The position numbers and the translations under genes are program-made. Positions 37,485 through 49,639 of a stretch of DNA of 50,234 nucleotides are shown here, in pieces. Below the pieces are notes generated by a model. It was given only the letters and a program-made list of their open reading frames with translations, was not told where the DNA came from and did not search any database. How positions within the stretch are numbered: position 1 is the first letter of the stretch; each line of letters starts with the position of its first letter. Origin of the DNA: Chromera velia (Eukaryota); contig JAHBMJ010000337.1 in NCBI GenBank assembly GCA_018398765.1, positions 1 to 50,234 of the forward strand, read 5' to 3'.

Positions 37485-37498
37485 TTTATGATAAACTT

Positions 37499-37696
37499 CT
37501 AGGCTCCCCATACATAAATAAATAAATGTGGGCCAAAACTTGAATTAGTTTTTTTTATTTTTTTATTTTTGTGCGTCAGCTGAGCTTTAGGCTTCAAAGT
37601 TGAAGTGTCTGCTTCAAAAAAATATATAAAAAAATAAAAAGTGAAAGCAATTTTGAGCAATTAACTTTTTTATTTTTTTATGTATGGGGAGCCTAG
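37499..37696. mobile_element. MITE (CTAGGCT family), copy B
   Basis: TIRs ctaggctccccatacataaa / tttatgtatggggagcctag. Perfect TSD ataaactt. Confidence 0.92.
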
Positions 37697-37821
37697 ATAA
37701 ACTTAAGTCACAAACATCAATAGAATTATTTGATACTCTAAAACTTGCTGAGCTAGAAGCTTCATACTACTTCATACCATGTAAAACTTACATAACAGTA
37801 AAAGAAGGTGTTGAAGTTACT

Positions 37822-38860
37822 AATCTGTTTGCATAACGGCCTCTCCACTTCCACCGTTCTGTCTGTTTGCATGGCGGCCTCTCCACTTTCATCATTTTGT
37901 CTGTTTGTATGATGGCCTCTCTATTTTGATCGTTCTGTCTGTTTGCATGATGGCCTCTCCACTTTGACCGTTCTGTCTGTTTACATGACGGCCTCTTCAC
38001 ATTCATCGTTCTGTCTGTTTGCATGATGGTCTCTCCACTTCCATCTTTCTATCTGTTTGCATGACGGCCTCTCCACTTTCATCTTTCTGTCTGTTTGCAC
38101 AAAGGCCTCTCTGCTTCCATCTTTCTGTCTGTTTGCACGACGGCCTCTCCACTCCCATCTTTCTGTCTGTTTGCATGAAGACCTCTCCACTTTCATATTC
38201 CCATCTTTCCTTTTTGCTTGCCGGATGGGTCTCTGCTTTCTTCTGTCATGTTTGCTTGCATAACGGCTTTCCGCACTTCCATCTTAATTTTCCTGCCGGC
38301 GTGTTTGACCACCTCTCTACTTGCGTCGTTCCTGCATGTCGACTTGCATGAAAGCATCTTTGCTTCCATGTTTCCTGCCGGTTTGCATGATCTGTTCTCA
38401 GCTTCCACCTTCGCTGTTTGCTTGCATGCCGACTCCCCACTTTTATCTGTCTTACCGGTTTGCATGACCACTTTCCGCTAGCTTCCATCTTTCCTGCCTG
38501 CATGTTAAGGGCCTCTCCAGTTTCATGAATCTTTTTTGTCGACTTGCATGAAAGCTTTTCCGCTTTCATGTTTCCTGTCGGTTTGTGTGACGTCTTCTCA
38601 GGTTCCATCTTTCCTATGCATGCACGATGACTTTCCACTTTCCTCCGTTTTCGTCCGTCTTGCCTGCTAAGCCTTGCATGACGGGTCTCAGCGCTCCCAT
38701 CTTTCCTGCCTGCGTATATGACGGCCTCTCCAGTTTCATCAATCTTTCATATCTGCTAGCCCGTCTGCTTGTAGAAAGTCCACTTCACTTTCATCTTCCT
38801 TGTCTCCTCATATAAAAACCTTTCAGTCTTCATCTTTCTTGTCTATCTGCATGTATGATG
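37822..38860. repeat. 38-bp minisatellite (consensus ~tgtttgcatgatggcctctccactttcatcgttctgtc), degenerating rightwards
   Basis: Unit starts at 37826, 37864 and 37902 (period 38). About 10 conserved units run to ~38200, then increasingly diverged units follow. An orphan unit lies at ~39941-39972. Confidence 0.93.
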
Positions 38861-39439
38861 TCTGCTCCAGTTTTATTTTTCTAGTTTTCTTTTCTGTTTT
38901 TATATACTTGGATGCTGGTTTTTCTTGAATCAAATAGAATGTTTTTGCCTTCCTAAAATTTGAAGAGCAGAATCATTGGGAGGATGGAGTTTACAACAAT
39001 TAAAAAACAACAAAGACTTCCTTACATGGAATTTTTAGCAGAATTTTCAACATGTTCACTATAGCAATTAATACATTATGAGTTAACGTTTCTATAAAAT
39101 TCTTCCTGGGTGGGAATTTAGTAGAAAACTGAATGGAGTTACGCTTATTTGCAGCTGAACATATAAAACTACATATAGAAATGAAAAAAATATATGAATT
39201 TATTAATTCTAGTTAAAATTTAAGTACAACTTTGCATAGTTTACCAAATTTTGGATATTTTTTTAAAAAGAACTTTTAAAGTTCAAATAATTTTTTTTTT
39301 AATATATAGTTAAAATTGTTGAAAATTGTTTTAAATGGTCGATGGTACCGTCGATTGTGGAATACTGAAAGAACACACATGAACACACCAGAAGTCCTAT
39401 ATAAAGGTAGACACGCAGACGTTGAACTTCTTACATGGA

Positions 39440-39888
39440 AAGGAGGAAAGTTGACGACCTATGGCATAGACTGTCGGTTTGCCCTCGGTGGGCCTCCGTA
39501 AGAGAGAGGTTGTGGGCGATTGACTCTAAGAGATGGGCACATCGGTTGTAGAGACTCAGAGTGAATCGTAATTCGGGGATGAAGGGAGCAGACCCGGGAG
39601 AGAAAGAGGTGAGGAAATAGTTGTGGGATAGCTTAAAGGCAGACCCCGAAAGCGCTATAAAAATTATTCAAGAGCTTTGTATTTCTTTTGAGTCACTTGA
39701 ATCAGTTCGCTGAACACTCTCTAACTTGTTGTTTCTCGATTTTTCCTCTGATTCCAATTCAGCTTTGCCGTTGAAGTCTTGCTTCAGCCTACCGTCTCTT
39801 AAAGTAGAGCTAGGATCTTGAAGAAGGCTTGCATGAATATGGACTGCCAGGAGCTAGGCTCCGACGGCTATAGTCATTCATTCATTCA
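39440..39888 (+). mobile_element. 3' fragment of the same LINE family as 34326-35829
   Basis: Encodes RKVDDLWHRLSVCPRW, versus RKIDDLWHRLSVCSN* at ~35385. Shares the 3' motif gcatgaa(c/t)atgg(g/a)ctgc..ggagc..ggctcc and a (TTCA)n tail. Confidence 0.82.
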
Positions 39889-40814
39889 TCTTTTTTACTT
39901 AAATAACAACCGCTTCTAGCCGCTTCATTTTTATCTTTTTGTTTGTTTGCATGATGGTCTTTCCACTTTCATTGACGAATTGATGATTGAGGGTTTTGCT
40001 ATATGCATGCATGCCGCATCATCGTTCAGACAGTCTTTTTGCGTGGTGTTTCTTTTTAGAGCCTGCATGGGTTTTAAATTAGTTTAGACGATTTTTTACT
40101 GGGCCTCAGCATGTTACTGGAGCCTGTGGAAGTGGCATCCTGCATTTAGGCATGCTCCGGCATCCGATCGTAGCCCAGGCCATACAAAAACCCCTGGCCG
40201 CGGCCGCCCCGATGGCGGAAGCTTGCCTCATAGAGAGGCAGATAGAGAGCGATGATTCAAAATGAGATTAGTCTAAGATGAGATGAAAAGAGTAGAAGTA
40301 AGTAGAGGAGAGAGCGGTGGAGAAGGTCTACAGAATGAAAGGAAGAGAGAGGTGAGAATAGATAAGAAAAAGATAAGAAAAAAGAAAAACGGTATTTGAA
40401 GGATGTAGACAAACTAGGACAAACAGTCTCCACTTTGCACAGGCTACGCATTCATACCAGTAAAGCCAATAAAAATTGAACAAAGCATATAAAAACTTTA
40501 GATAGAGACATCGCCTTTAATTAGATAGTATTAGAAACTCGTATTAGATAGCTACAGAGCAGCCGCTGGCATTATCCTATATGGTCTGAATATAGTTTCT
40601 GCACTCTCCCTGTCATCTTTTTTCTTCTTAGACTTTCTCCATTATGTGTCCACGCCTGTGGTGTCCACAGGGGCTCCCCATGCCGGTGCCTGCCCTTGTG
40701 TTTCTTTGCTCCTTCCCCTTCTCTTTCAGAGGTGTCTCTGCAATCCCCGCCGCTCTTTTGACCGACGGAAACTCGGTTTGAGGCGTCTTTTTCTGTTGCT
40801 GCTGCTGCTGCATC

Positions 40815-41877
40815 TCAATGGCCTGGGTTGCCTCCCGCACCCAGTCCGGCAACTGCCTGACGGACCGCCTCCTCCGGTGGACCGCCAGATGCAACGAGGG
40901 AAAGCTGCTGCGGGGTCAGCTCTGGTAGCGTGACATTTCCACGTCCACTCCTGGCCACACGTGCTTCATGAGGCCAGTGCGTGAACGTCGACCCGCGTTC
41001 GAACCCCCGCCGCCTCGTGCCTAGGACGGAGGGCTCAGCCTTGCAGGCTGGGGTCATGCAGACAGTTAAGGACAGACGGGCAAGGTCCACACGTCCACCC
41101 CCGTGAACCTCCGCAGAAGGGCGGCCAGTGCCCACGACCCCCCCATGGACAGTCCGTGAGTCCCACAGAATCAGGTCTCCAGGCTCTGCAAGGACCAGCC
41201 GTCTGCCTGCAACAGATGAGTCACCGGCATATGTGGAGGTATCAATGTGGGGATGCAGCACGCACCAGTCGCCCGACCAGTGCTTGCAGAGAGTCATGAT
41301 TTCTTTCTTCACAGCGCTGTCAGGGGAGTGAGATCCTGGGACGACTTCCAGACCTCCAGTACATTCATTCACGGAAGATAGTGGTACCATTCCCTGCACA
41401 CACTCAAAGTCCGGCTTGGAGAAGGGATTCTGGTCGATGTGAAGACCCTCGGTCTCTGGAAGCCACTCGGTAAGCGGGTAGAGCCAATTGTCTGTCAGCT
41501 GCTCCTGCAGCCACCAGGGCCGCCACGCGATGGTTGCATCTATAGAGACGAGAAGGTCCTCAGTCTCCCAAATTTGGGCGAACACTTTCTTGACGGCCGG
41601 ATTGGTGCGGATGCCCCAGGCAGCCTCTGAATGGGTGATCCGGCCATCGAGCAGGAACCCCCGCGGGTCCTTCAGAAAGAGGTTCCACGTGTGGGGATCT
41701 TCTCGTTTAACCCCTGGGTAGACGGCTTCGAAGGAGGTCCAGTACTTCTCACGAGCAGAGTCGACGGGCTTTGGGTTCCAGAACCTGAATGATCACAACG
41801 TAGCCGTGCTCAGCAAGGTGGCTCTGCCAGCGCTTGTCTTCAAACAAAAAACGGTACGGGTAGCCTGCCTCAGTCAT
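40815..41877 (-). pseudogene. Intronless phytanoyl-CoA dioxygenase (PhyH)-family 2OG-Fe(II) oxygenase with a frameshift
   Basis: ATG at 41877 gives MTEAGYPYRFLFEDKRWQSHLAEHGYVVIIQVLEPKA. After one extra C (~41766-41768) the frame continues VDSAREKYW...REDPHTW...HSEAAWGIRTNPAVKKVFAQIWETEDLLVSID...LHIDQNP...GGLEVVPGSH...GDLILWDSRTVH. The HxD...H iron triad is intact. A second frameshift is possible near 40860. Confidence 0.8.
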
Positions 41878-41979
41878 CGTATGGGCTTTCACGTCGAACT
41901 AACACTTTAATATGTGTGTTCATTGGTGGCCGCACAGCAAAGTTTTTCGCAGCTAGAGGACAATCAAAAGGCTGTTTTT

Positions 41980-43092
41980 GCCCCAGGGTGGGTGATATGC
42001 ATGCATGGATTTCAGGTACCGGGCTGGTTTAGTTTATGTGGAAAATTTTGTATTGACGGTTCGGGGATTATGTGGAAAATTACATATGAAAACTGGTCGC
42101 CTCGGGGGGGGCAGCTCAGCTTTGCTGAGATCAGCCGAGAGGCCCTGCATGACCTTTCTGACGGTTCGGGGATGCATAGCACGTCCCAGCATACCGGCCG
42201 TAGACTGCTCGGCCCTGCATGATATCGCGCGATTTTTTTTTTTTGTATTTGTATTGTGGCAGACTCTCCGCCTGCGGGGCTGCGGCTTGCAGGGCATCTC
42301 CTGTGCAGGAGTCTCCCACCCCCATACATTCTACCTAGGCCGTTCGATCACTCTCTTTTTTTTAGGGGGAGATCGATGTCACCGCGCTTGGTTAATTCGT
42401 GGAATCAAGGTGAGTCAATAGACATTTTGCCTTGGAGGGCAGCTCAGCCCAGCCTGGGGGCCCTGAGAGAGCACACATTTGCATAAACATGCACGGTCGA
42501 GATACGCGGTTAACTTAAACCGCTGCATGATACCCCCCGAGGCACTCACCCAACTTGTTGGGTGTATCACGTATATATGAGTCAGTATCGACGAGTGTAA
42601 TGTTTCCAAATGTTTTTTGCAATTTTGTTTCCTCACGGACCTTAATCCACGCAAAACTTTGCATAAAATATTCATAAACGCGTCGAAAACGTTATAAAAC
42701 ACACCAAAATCACCTAAAAACTCAAAAAATCATTTTTTTAACACGTCATGTCAATCTTGACGCGCCCTGCTAAAGTTAAGATAGAAATTTTAAGTTTTTT
42801 AAAGCGGAGGGCAGTTTCCCCACCCCGACCCCCCCTTATGTTTTGAGTTTCTTTGTCCTAAACCCTTCTTTTGATAATATTTCATTCAATATGCATACAA
42901 TTTTATAAGTAACTGATTAATGAAAAATACCACATAAGAAGATGACAGTGAAAGGATCAAAGTGACCTGAAATGAGGTTCAGACACTTAGAAGCATTAAA
43001 CTTATCACTACTAACTTGTACATCTCGCTTTTCATATATAATTTTCTATGTAAACCAGCCCGGTACCTCAAATCCATATCAGCCCCGGGGGT
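41980..43092. mobile_element. ~1.1 kb element bounded by long imperfect inverted repeats
   Basis: 42005-42031 atggatttcaggtaccgggctggttta pairs with 43051-43077 (26/27 as reverse complement). A second block pairs 42071-42092 with 43029-43050, and there are outer cccc(a/c)ggg..tgatatg blocks. No TSD or coding capacity recognised. Confidence 0.65.
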
Positions 43093-44306
43093 CAGCTTGC
43101 TGTCAAGAATACTCTATATCTTTCATCTTCCAAATGTGTCCGTCCACTCAAATGAAATCAGTGGCTTGGTGATCCTCTGTGTACATGGAAGAGTGCATGT
43201 TAGAAAACATTAAATTTATTACTGCAAGGGCCGGTTTGTGATATAGAGAGAGACCCCCTACTCTATCTGTTTTTTTTTTTTGCTATGCATACAAATGCCA
43301 TGCATGCAATATTATACAATGTCAGATACATGTATGCAGTTCTTTTTTTTTTTTTACCTTTAATCCAAGGGTTGTACATATTTCGTCGTAAACTCTAAAA
43401 GCTTTTTCGCTTCTCTCTTTCTGTACGCAGAAGCAGCTGAGTCTCATACACAGGCACAGTGCACTCACTTTTCATCCAGAGAAAGGCGTCATCAGTCACT
43501 CACAGCGCAGAACCCTCTATGTCAGACCCATAATTTGCATATAACCACCTAAGTGGCCGTCTCATAGCAACTCTTTTCTCAGTACGGAAATTCCATAGCA
43601 ATTTGCAGAGCCCTACAATGAAGAGCTTATTCCTTCTACTGCGCAGCCTCAGCCACCCTTATTTGTGCTTGCACCCTCCTTCAACGCGACAAGGAGGTGT
43701 AAAAAGGATCCAAACGGATAGGGGAGAGTTGCACAGTCACCGGGTGGAAATTTATTGGGAGTCAGCAGAGTCATTGTGCAACTGTGCTCACAAAATACAA
43801 AAATATGGGGAACAAAATCAAAAAGTATAAGTAATCCCTAACGTGCTTCGATGGGGGTACAGAAACACTAGAGGAAACTCAGTCTGGGGGAAAATGTATA
43901 ATCCTAAAGATAATTTCATTCAATTAGCTTATATAATTTAGAGTTCAATGCAACAAAACATACATACTCATACGTGAATATTTATATGTATCGATATATA
44001 TAGAGTCCCTGCATTAAGTTTGTATATCTGCTGAGAGTGTTGGTTGGCGACGTCTAGATATCTTCAAGTTGGCTTGTAACCCACTGAATGAAATTCAATG
44101 TCATTTTCACCGTGCAAATCTTTGAAAGCATGCTCATTTGGATCAAGAACTATTAGTGGGAGGTCCGGATGTGTAACACGTTCAGTAAATCAGTTGTAGA
44201 ATCGCAGAATCTATAGTTTTTTCTCTTCCTTTCGGTTTTTCTTCGTCTTTGCATCCCCCTTACCTTCTCTACCTTGTTCTCATCCAGTGGCACGCCCTCG
44301 CTCTCG

Positions 44307-44897
<591 letters not shown>

Positions 44898-45165
44898 GAG
44901 AGAGGGAGAGGGAGGGGGGGAGGGAGACAGGAAGCGTGTACAGGGTCTGGTAAAGCGTTGCTGTATTATGTATGCTTGAAGAGTCAGATAGAGCACAAAG
45001 GGAGATGAAGAGACATGAGAAGAAGGGGCCGGGTACACGACGAACAAAAAGAAAAGAGAGCGAAAGAGGTGATCCCCCATTGATTACTGGAAGACAGAGA
45101 CGAAGCTTGACAATAAACTTGGGGGTAATCTTTTTCACTTTTTCTCCTTTGTAGCTGCCGCTTCC

Positions 45166-45201
45166 TTTTTTTTTTTTCTTTCTTTCTTTCTTTCTTTTTT
45201 T

Positions 45202-45241
<40 letters not shown>

Positions 45242-45283
45242 TTTTTCTTTCTTTCTTTCTTTCTTTCTTTCTTTTAAGTTCTT

Positions 45284-45344
<61 letters not shown>

Positions 45345-45420
45345 TTCTCTTTCTCTCTCTCTCTTTCTCCCCTCTCTCTCCCCTTTCTCTCCCTTCTCTC
45401 TTTCCTTTCTCCCTTTTTTC
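45166..45420. repeat. Polypyrimidine tract (T)n(TTTC)n(TC)n
   Basis: Read directly from the sequence. Confidence 0.95.
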
Positions 45421-46136
45421 ATTTTCTGGTGCTTGTTTGCTGTCTCTTTCTCTAAGACTTACGCTCCCATTCCAGATAAGCAAGAAGGCGCCTTGAAGAA
45501 TGTATACAGGGAACGAATTTCTGTTGCATACAGAACACCACCTCTAACATAAAGTAAAGTGTCCACCCATGCATTATATCTGTTACCTTTAATGAACCCT
45601 CTGTCATCATGCAACTGCCTCCTCTGAATTCGAAGTTTTGATGAAGTTTTGACATGTACAGGAAGTAATTTTGACTGTGACTATGACTATGATTCGGACT
45701 ATGACTATGATGCGCCATCGTTATCCAGATCTAGAGTTAGTTAGATACTTCTAACCTTAAGCAGGGAAAAGTTATAATTTTCTAAAATGTCATATTATAC
45801 ACTGTTTTAATTGATACTTCAAAGTTCAAATCAAAAGTTTGAATCAAACAATACGTTTCTCAAGCTATTATTGAAGCTAGCCCTTAAAACGTATGCAAGT
45901 GCATAATTATTCATTAAAGGTATTGCCTGAGCCTAGGTCTCAGGTCACCAGGGTTTTTTATCGAATAAACTTCACTTAACAGCGGTGCCTCTTCCACACA
46001 CAACTTAAATAAAATCTCTTCAACTTTATACCTCTATATATACAATGTTGTCCTTGATTTTTCTTTCTTTTTTCTTTTAGTTTTTCTTCTTGTAGGTAGC
46101 CTAGGGGTTCCTAGGGCAGTTCAGAGATTGAATTCA

Positions 46137-46386
46137 CTAGGCTCTCCATATCAAAAGAAAAAAAAAAAGAAAATTGGGCTAAAAACCAAATTAGTTTTTT
46201 TTATTTTTGATTTTCTAGAACAACTTACTTACTTATTTAATTATGGTTAATAACACCTAAACAACTGTTGTTTGGGATGTTGCATAGGTGTTGCACAATG
46301 CACAAGTATTGTTTAAAAAGAAAAAAAAAATCAAAAATCAATTTTAGGCAATTACTTTTTTATTTTTTTTTATATGGGGAGCCTAG
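46137..46386. mobile_element. MITE (CTAGGCT family), copy C
   Basis: TIRs ctaggctctccatat / atatggggagcctag. Perfect TSD tgaattca. Internal similarity to copies A and B. Confidence 0.92.
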
Positions 46387-47762
46387 TGAATTCAAAACTT
46401 AGACTAGCAGCGTGAGTAGCTGCGTTACTAGCTTCCTAGCCAGATCGAGACCGTCAAATATAGCAATTATATTCATGGAGCGCGCCAACTACTAGTGCGT
46501 TGACAGCTAGGTCGACAAAATTCTAAACTTTCAGTGAATTTATGTTGCATTATATTATATTATAATTTATATAAACTTGCATACCTAAAAGCCACATCAA
46601 AGCTAACCTACAAGCCAGGCAAGCCTACAGCAGTATGCATCGCCCGGGGATTCGCTGCCTATATGGTTTTAATAGGGTTTTGACAAAGGTGTTTAATCAT
46701 GGAATATATTCAAGTTTATTCAGTAGTTACTCACTTCAAAAGTAATATATTTTAGAATATATTTAGGAATATATTCCCAATTAAAGGAATTAATGGGGGG
46801 TCCAAGGGGTGGAGCTAAAGATTGGATGTCCCTCTACTGCTTCTGGCTGTCACCCTGCAGGAATTGCATATGAGTTTGCATGTATACGATTCTACAGGTT
46901 TGCCAGGTGGTAGTTGAACTGCTTTCAAGAAGTTTCGTACGTCCACTTGACTCATTTTCAACTGTAGAGTGAATCGTGTAAACATGTTACTGATGATGTC
47001 AGGCCTTAGTCATCTTGTATCATAGCTTATTGTGACTTCAAGTTTGCATCTTACCTTGTGTTTGCAACTCACGCATGAAGACCCGATTTTTAAATGCATG
47101 CATAGCCGGCCGCGCTATGTTTAATGGCAAATTAATGCCAGCGCTTGATCAATCGTGCACTGCAGCATACATGTGCGCTAGCATGTGCGCGGGCCGCGCT
47201 GCGTGGCTGGCCCAGGCTAGGCCCCATCCATACTGCATGCATATATATAGCGTATACGTCCTGTATTGAACGTATACAAGCCTCTAGAGTCTAGGCTACT
47301 CCCAATTAAAACATTTGTTTTTATAATGTAAAAACACACACACACATCATTAGAATGACCAACTAGATGACCAAAGATATTAAAGACTATTAAAAACTAG
47401 TAAGAATTGGACTTTAGTTAATTAATTAATCACTTTATTCAATCATATTCAATCACTTCATAAGATACTAATTCAATATATTTTAATCATAAATGACTAA
47501 AAACTTTTGAGTTTTGATCAAAATTGATGTGATTTTCCCTAGGGCCTAGGATTTCTATTAATTTCTATTTAATTGATCTTTTTTTTTAACAGTTTTATTT
47601 TATCTAACTGAAAAGTAACATTAATTTAAAGATTAAGAAGAATAAGGTAGAAGGCCCTGGGGGGACGATTAGTCTTCCCTAACAGAAAAGGCAGCCTGAG
47701 GGTCGTGGTAAGGCATAAAGCCCATAGATGATTGATTGATTGATTGTTTGCTAGAATGCACA

Positions 47763-48330
47763 TTACAGAGTTGGATTTCGGCTTCTGTTTGTTGAAACGG
47801 CCGCATGTTCGGGGGCTGCGTCAGGCTGTAGCTCAACCCCAAAAGAATTCCACAAACCAAGAAGAGGAGGATCAACCAAAAACAAATCAATGACCGTAGC
47901 AGGGGCACCCCCTTCATAATAAGTGCAAGCTCCTGTGAAGTCGACTTCAATCCCTTTCTTTACATCTTTCCAAGACAGGCCATTCAAGGGAAGGAGGTTT
48001 GCTTTCTCACAAAAGCGAATGGCAGCTCTTCCTGGTTCGTTTACAATTGAACGACAGTCAGAGCGGCAAGATAGTCCCTCGATTACTTCTTCCCTCTTGC
48101 CCTCCAAGATCTCTTGTAAGTCACCCGCCCCCCTGATCTGTTCTCTTTCCCATAAAATTCCTTTAGGGACCTCCTTTCCTATGTGGCAATTGAAGTGTCC
48201 TGCCATAATGCGAAGGTCGCATAGCGGAACATCACAGACTGCGTTGAGAAGCGTCTCTCTCTCTACTTCTTTCGGTTTATTGTTTCTTAGTCTCTTCTCT
48301 GTCCCCGATTGGAGGAGATAGACACTGAAA
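47763..48330 (-). mobile_element. LINE apurinic-type (EEP) endonuclease fragment
   Basis: The ORF carries IMAGHFNCHIG (degenerate GDFN), VNEPGRAAIRFCEKANLLPLNG, CTYY and TVIDLFLVD, the motif order of the LINE APE endonuclease. A (CAAT)n tract follows at ~47729-47745. Confidence 0.8.
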
Positions 48331-48363
48331 ATGTGCAGAGATGCATTTGCCCCCCCCCCTTCC

Positions 48364-48418
<55 letters not shown>

Positions 48419-49639
48419 AAGAAACTACTCCTAGGGCGTTTATTAGCATTTATCTAACAATACACACTGATATGTAGGATATACTTCACTGCCCTTTCCG
48501 GGGGCGATCTCTAACGATCTGTGAAAGATAAAACGGCAACATTGTCAGCAATAGTGCTTTAGAATACTCTAAGACACCACTAAATCACTTATCACTTATT
48601 TTGTTATATTGATAACTTACTGATACTTACTATTATCTGAGTACTTATTACTAATATTTAACCTCGGTAGGATCTATTCGGATCTATTCCAACTTATTCC
48701 AACTAAAGACGTAAAAAAAAACTAATAATAAAATTTAGGACGGTTTCTTTTTATACATAATATAAACGCATCAAAAGCAGTGCACTGGTTATGACTGAGG
48801 GGTAGGAAGTACTTAGCAAAGGCCAAAGAAGGCATTCAGATAGAGGAGCGTCAAGTATGAGGTCGCATAAGAGAGAGAACCAGTAGCGAGGGCAGTAACC
48901 AGAACAGAAAGAAGAGATGAAAGACGTATAGGCCAGACGCTAGGAACAAATTTTAAGTCAATGGATAATAAAAAAAAATCAAAAGCTTAACGGATGGAAC
49001 AAACTTCAAACAATGCATGACTCTGACATTGACCCATGATGATATATGCCAGTAAACAAGTGTGAAGAAACAAAACGTTTTTAAACCAGGACGTTAAGAG
49101 CAATCAAGAAGTTAGAAGAAGGAAAAAATCAGTCAAAGAATTCGAATCTTGAGATTTTATAGGATTTTTTCTAGAATTTTTAAGGAGAATTTTGTATATT
49201 AATTGAATTACATGCACTGAATGATATAGTCTAAATCTTGCATATCCTAATTTTTGTTTCAGCACGTGTCCTTTAATTGATGTAACATGCGATCATGCCA
49301 AGGATCATTTGGTAGGGCCATGCCAGACTTGCCAATGCAAACATTTTAAATGGCATCAACGGTCAACCAGAGTCTGGGTCTTTTGTACAGAGGCGACCAA
49401 AAGAAATGCTTAGAGAAGCCTCTGACAAGGTGTAGAAAGAAAAAGAGGGAAAGAATTAATATAAGAAAAGTGATACGCAATGTCTAGCGCAATGTCGGGC
49501 ATGCCAACTGAAAAAAGTGAACAGCACGTCGTACCACTCAATGTATAGAAAAATGGATAAACAATGAGAGCTGCCAGATAAAACAGATAAACAGAATGCA
49601 GAGAGATACAGAATGTATCTCTCCCAAACCCATCAAAGT

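Noticed and set aside
37822..38860. 38-bp repeats as a CRISPR array or a repeat-protein gene
   Set aside because: The units are contiguous with no unique spacers, there are no cas genes, the context is eukaryotic, and the period is not divisible by 3.
45452..45718. 88-aa His/Ser-rich ORF
   Set aside because: The HSHS start comes from a (GACTAT)n repeat and the rest has no recognisable motif.
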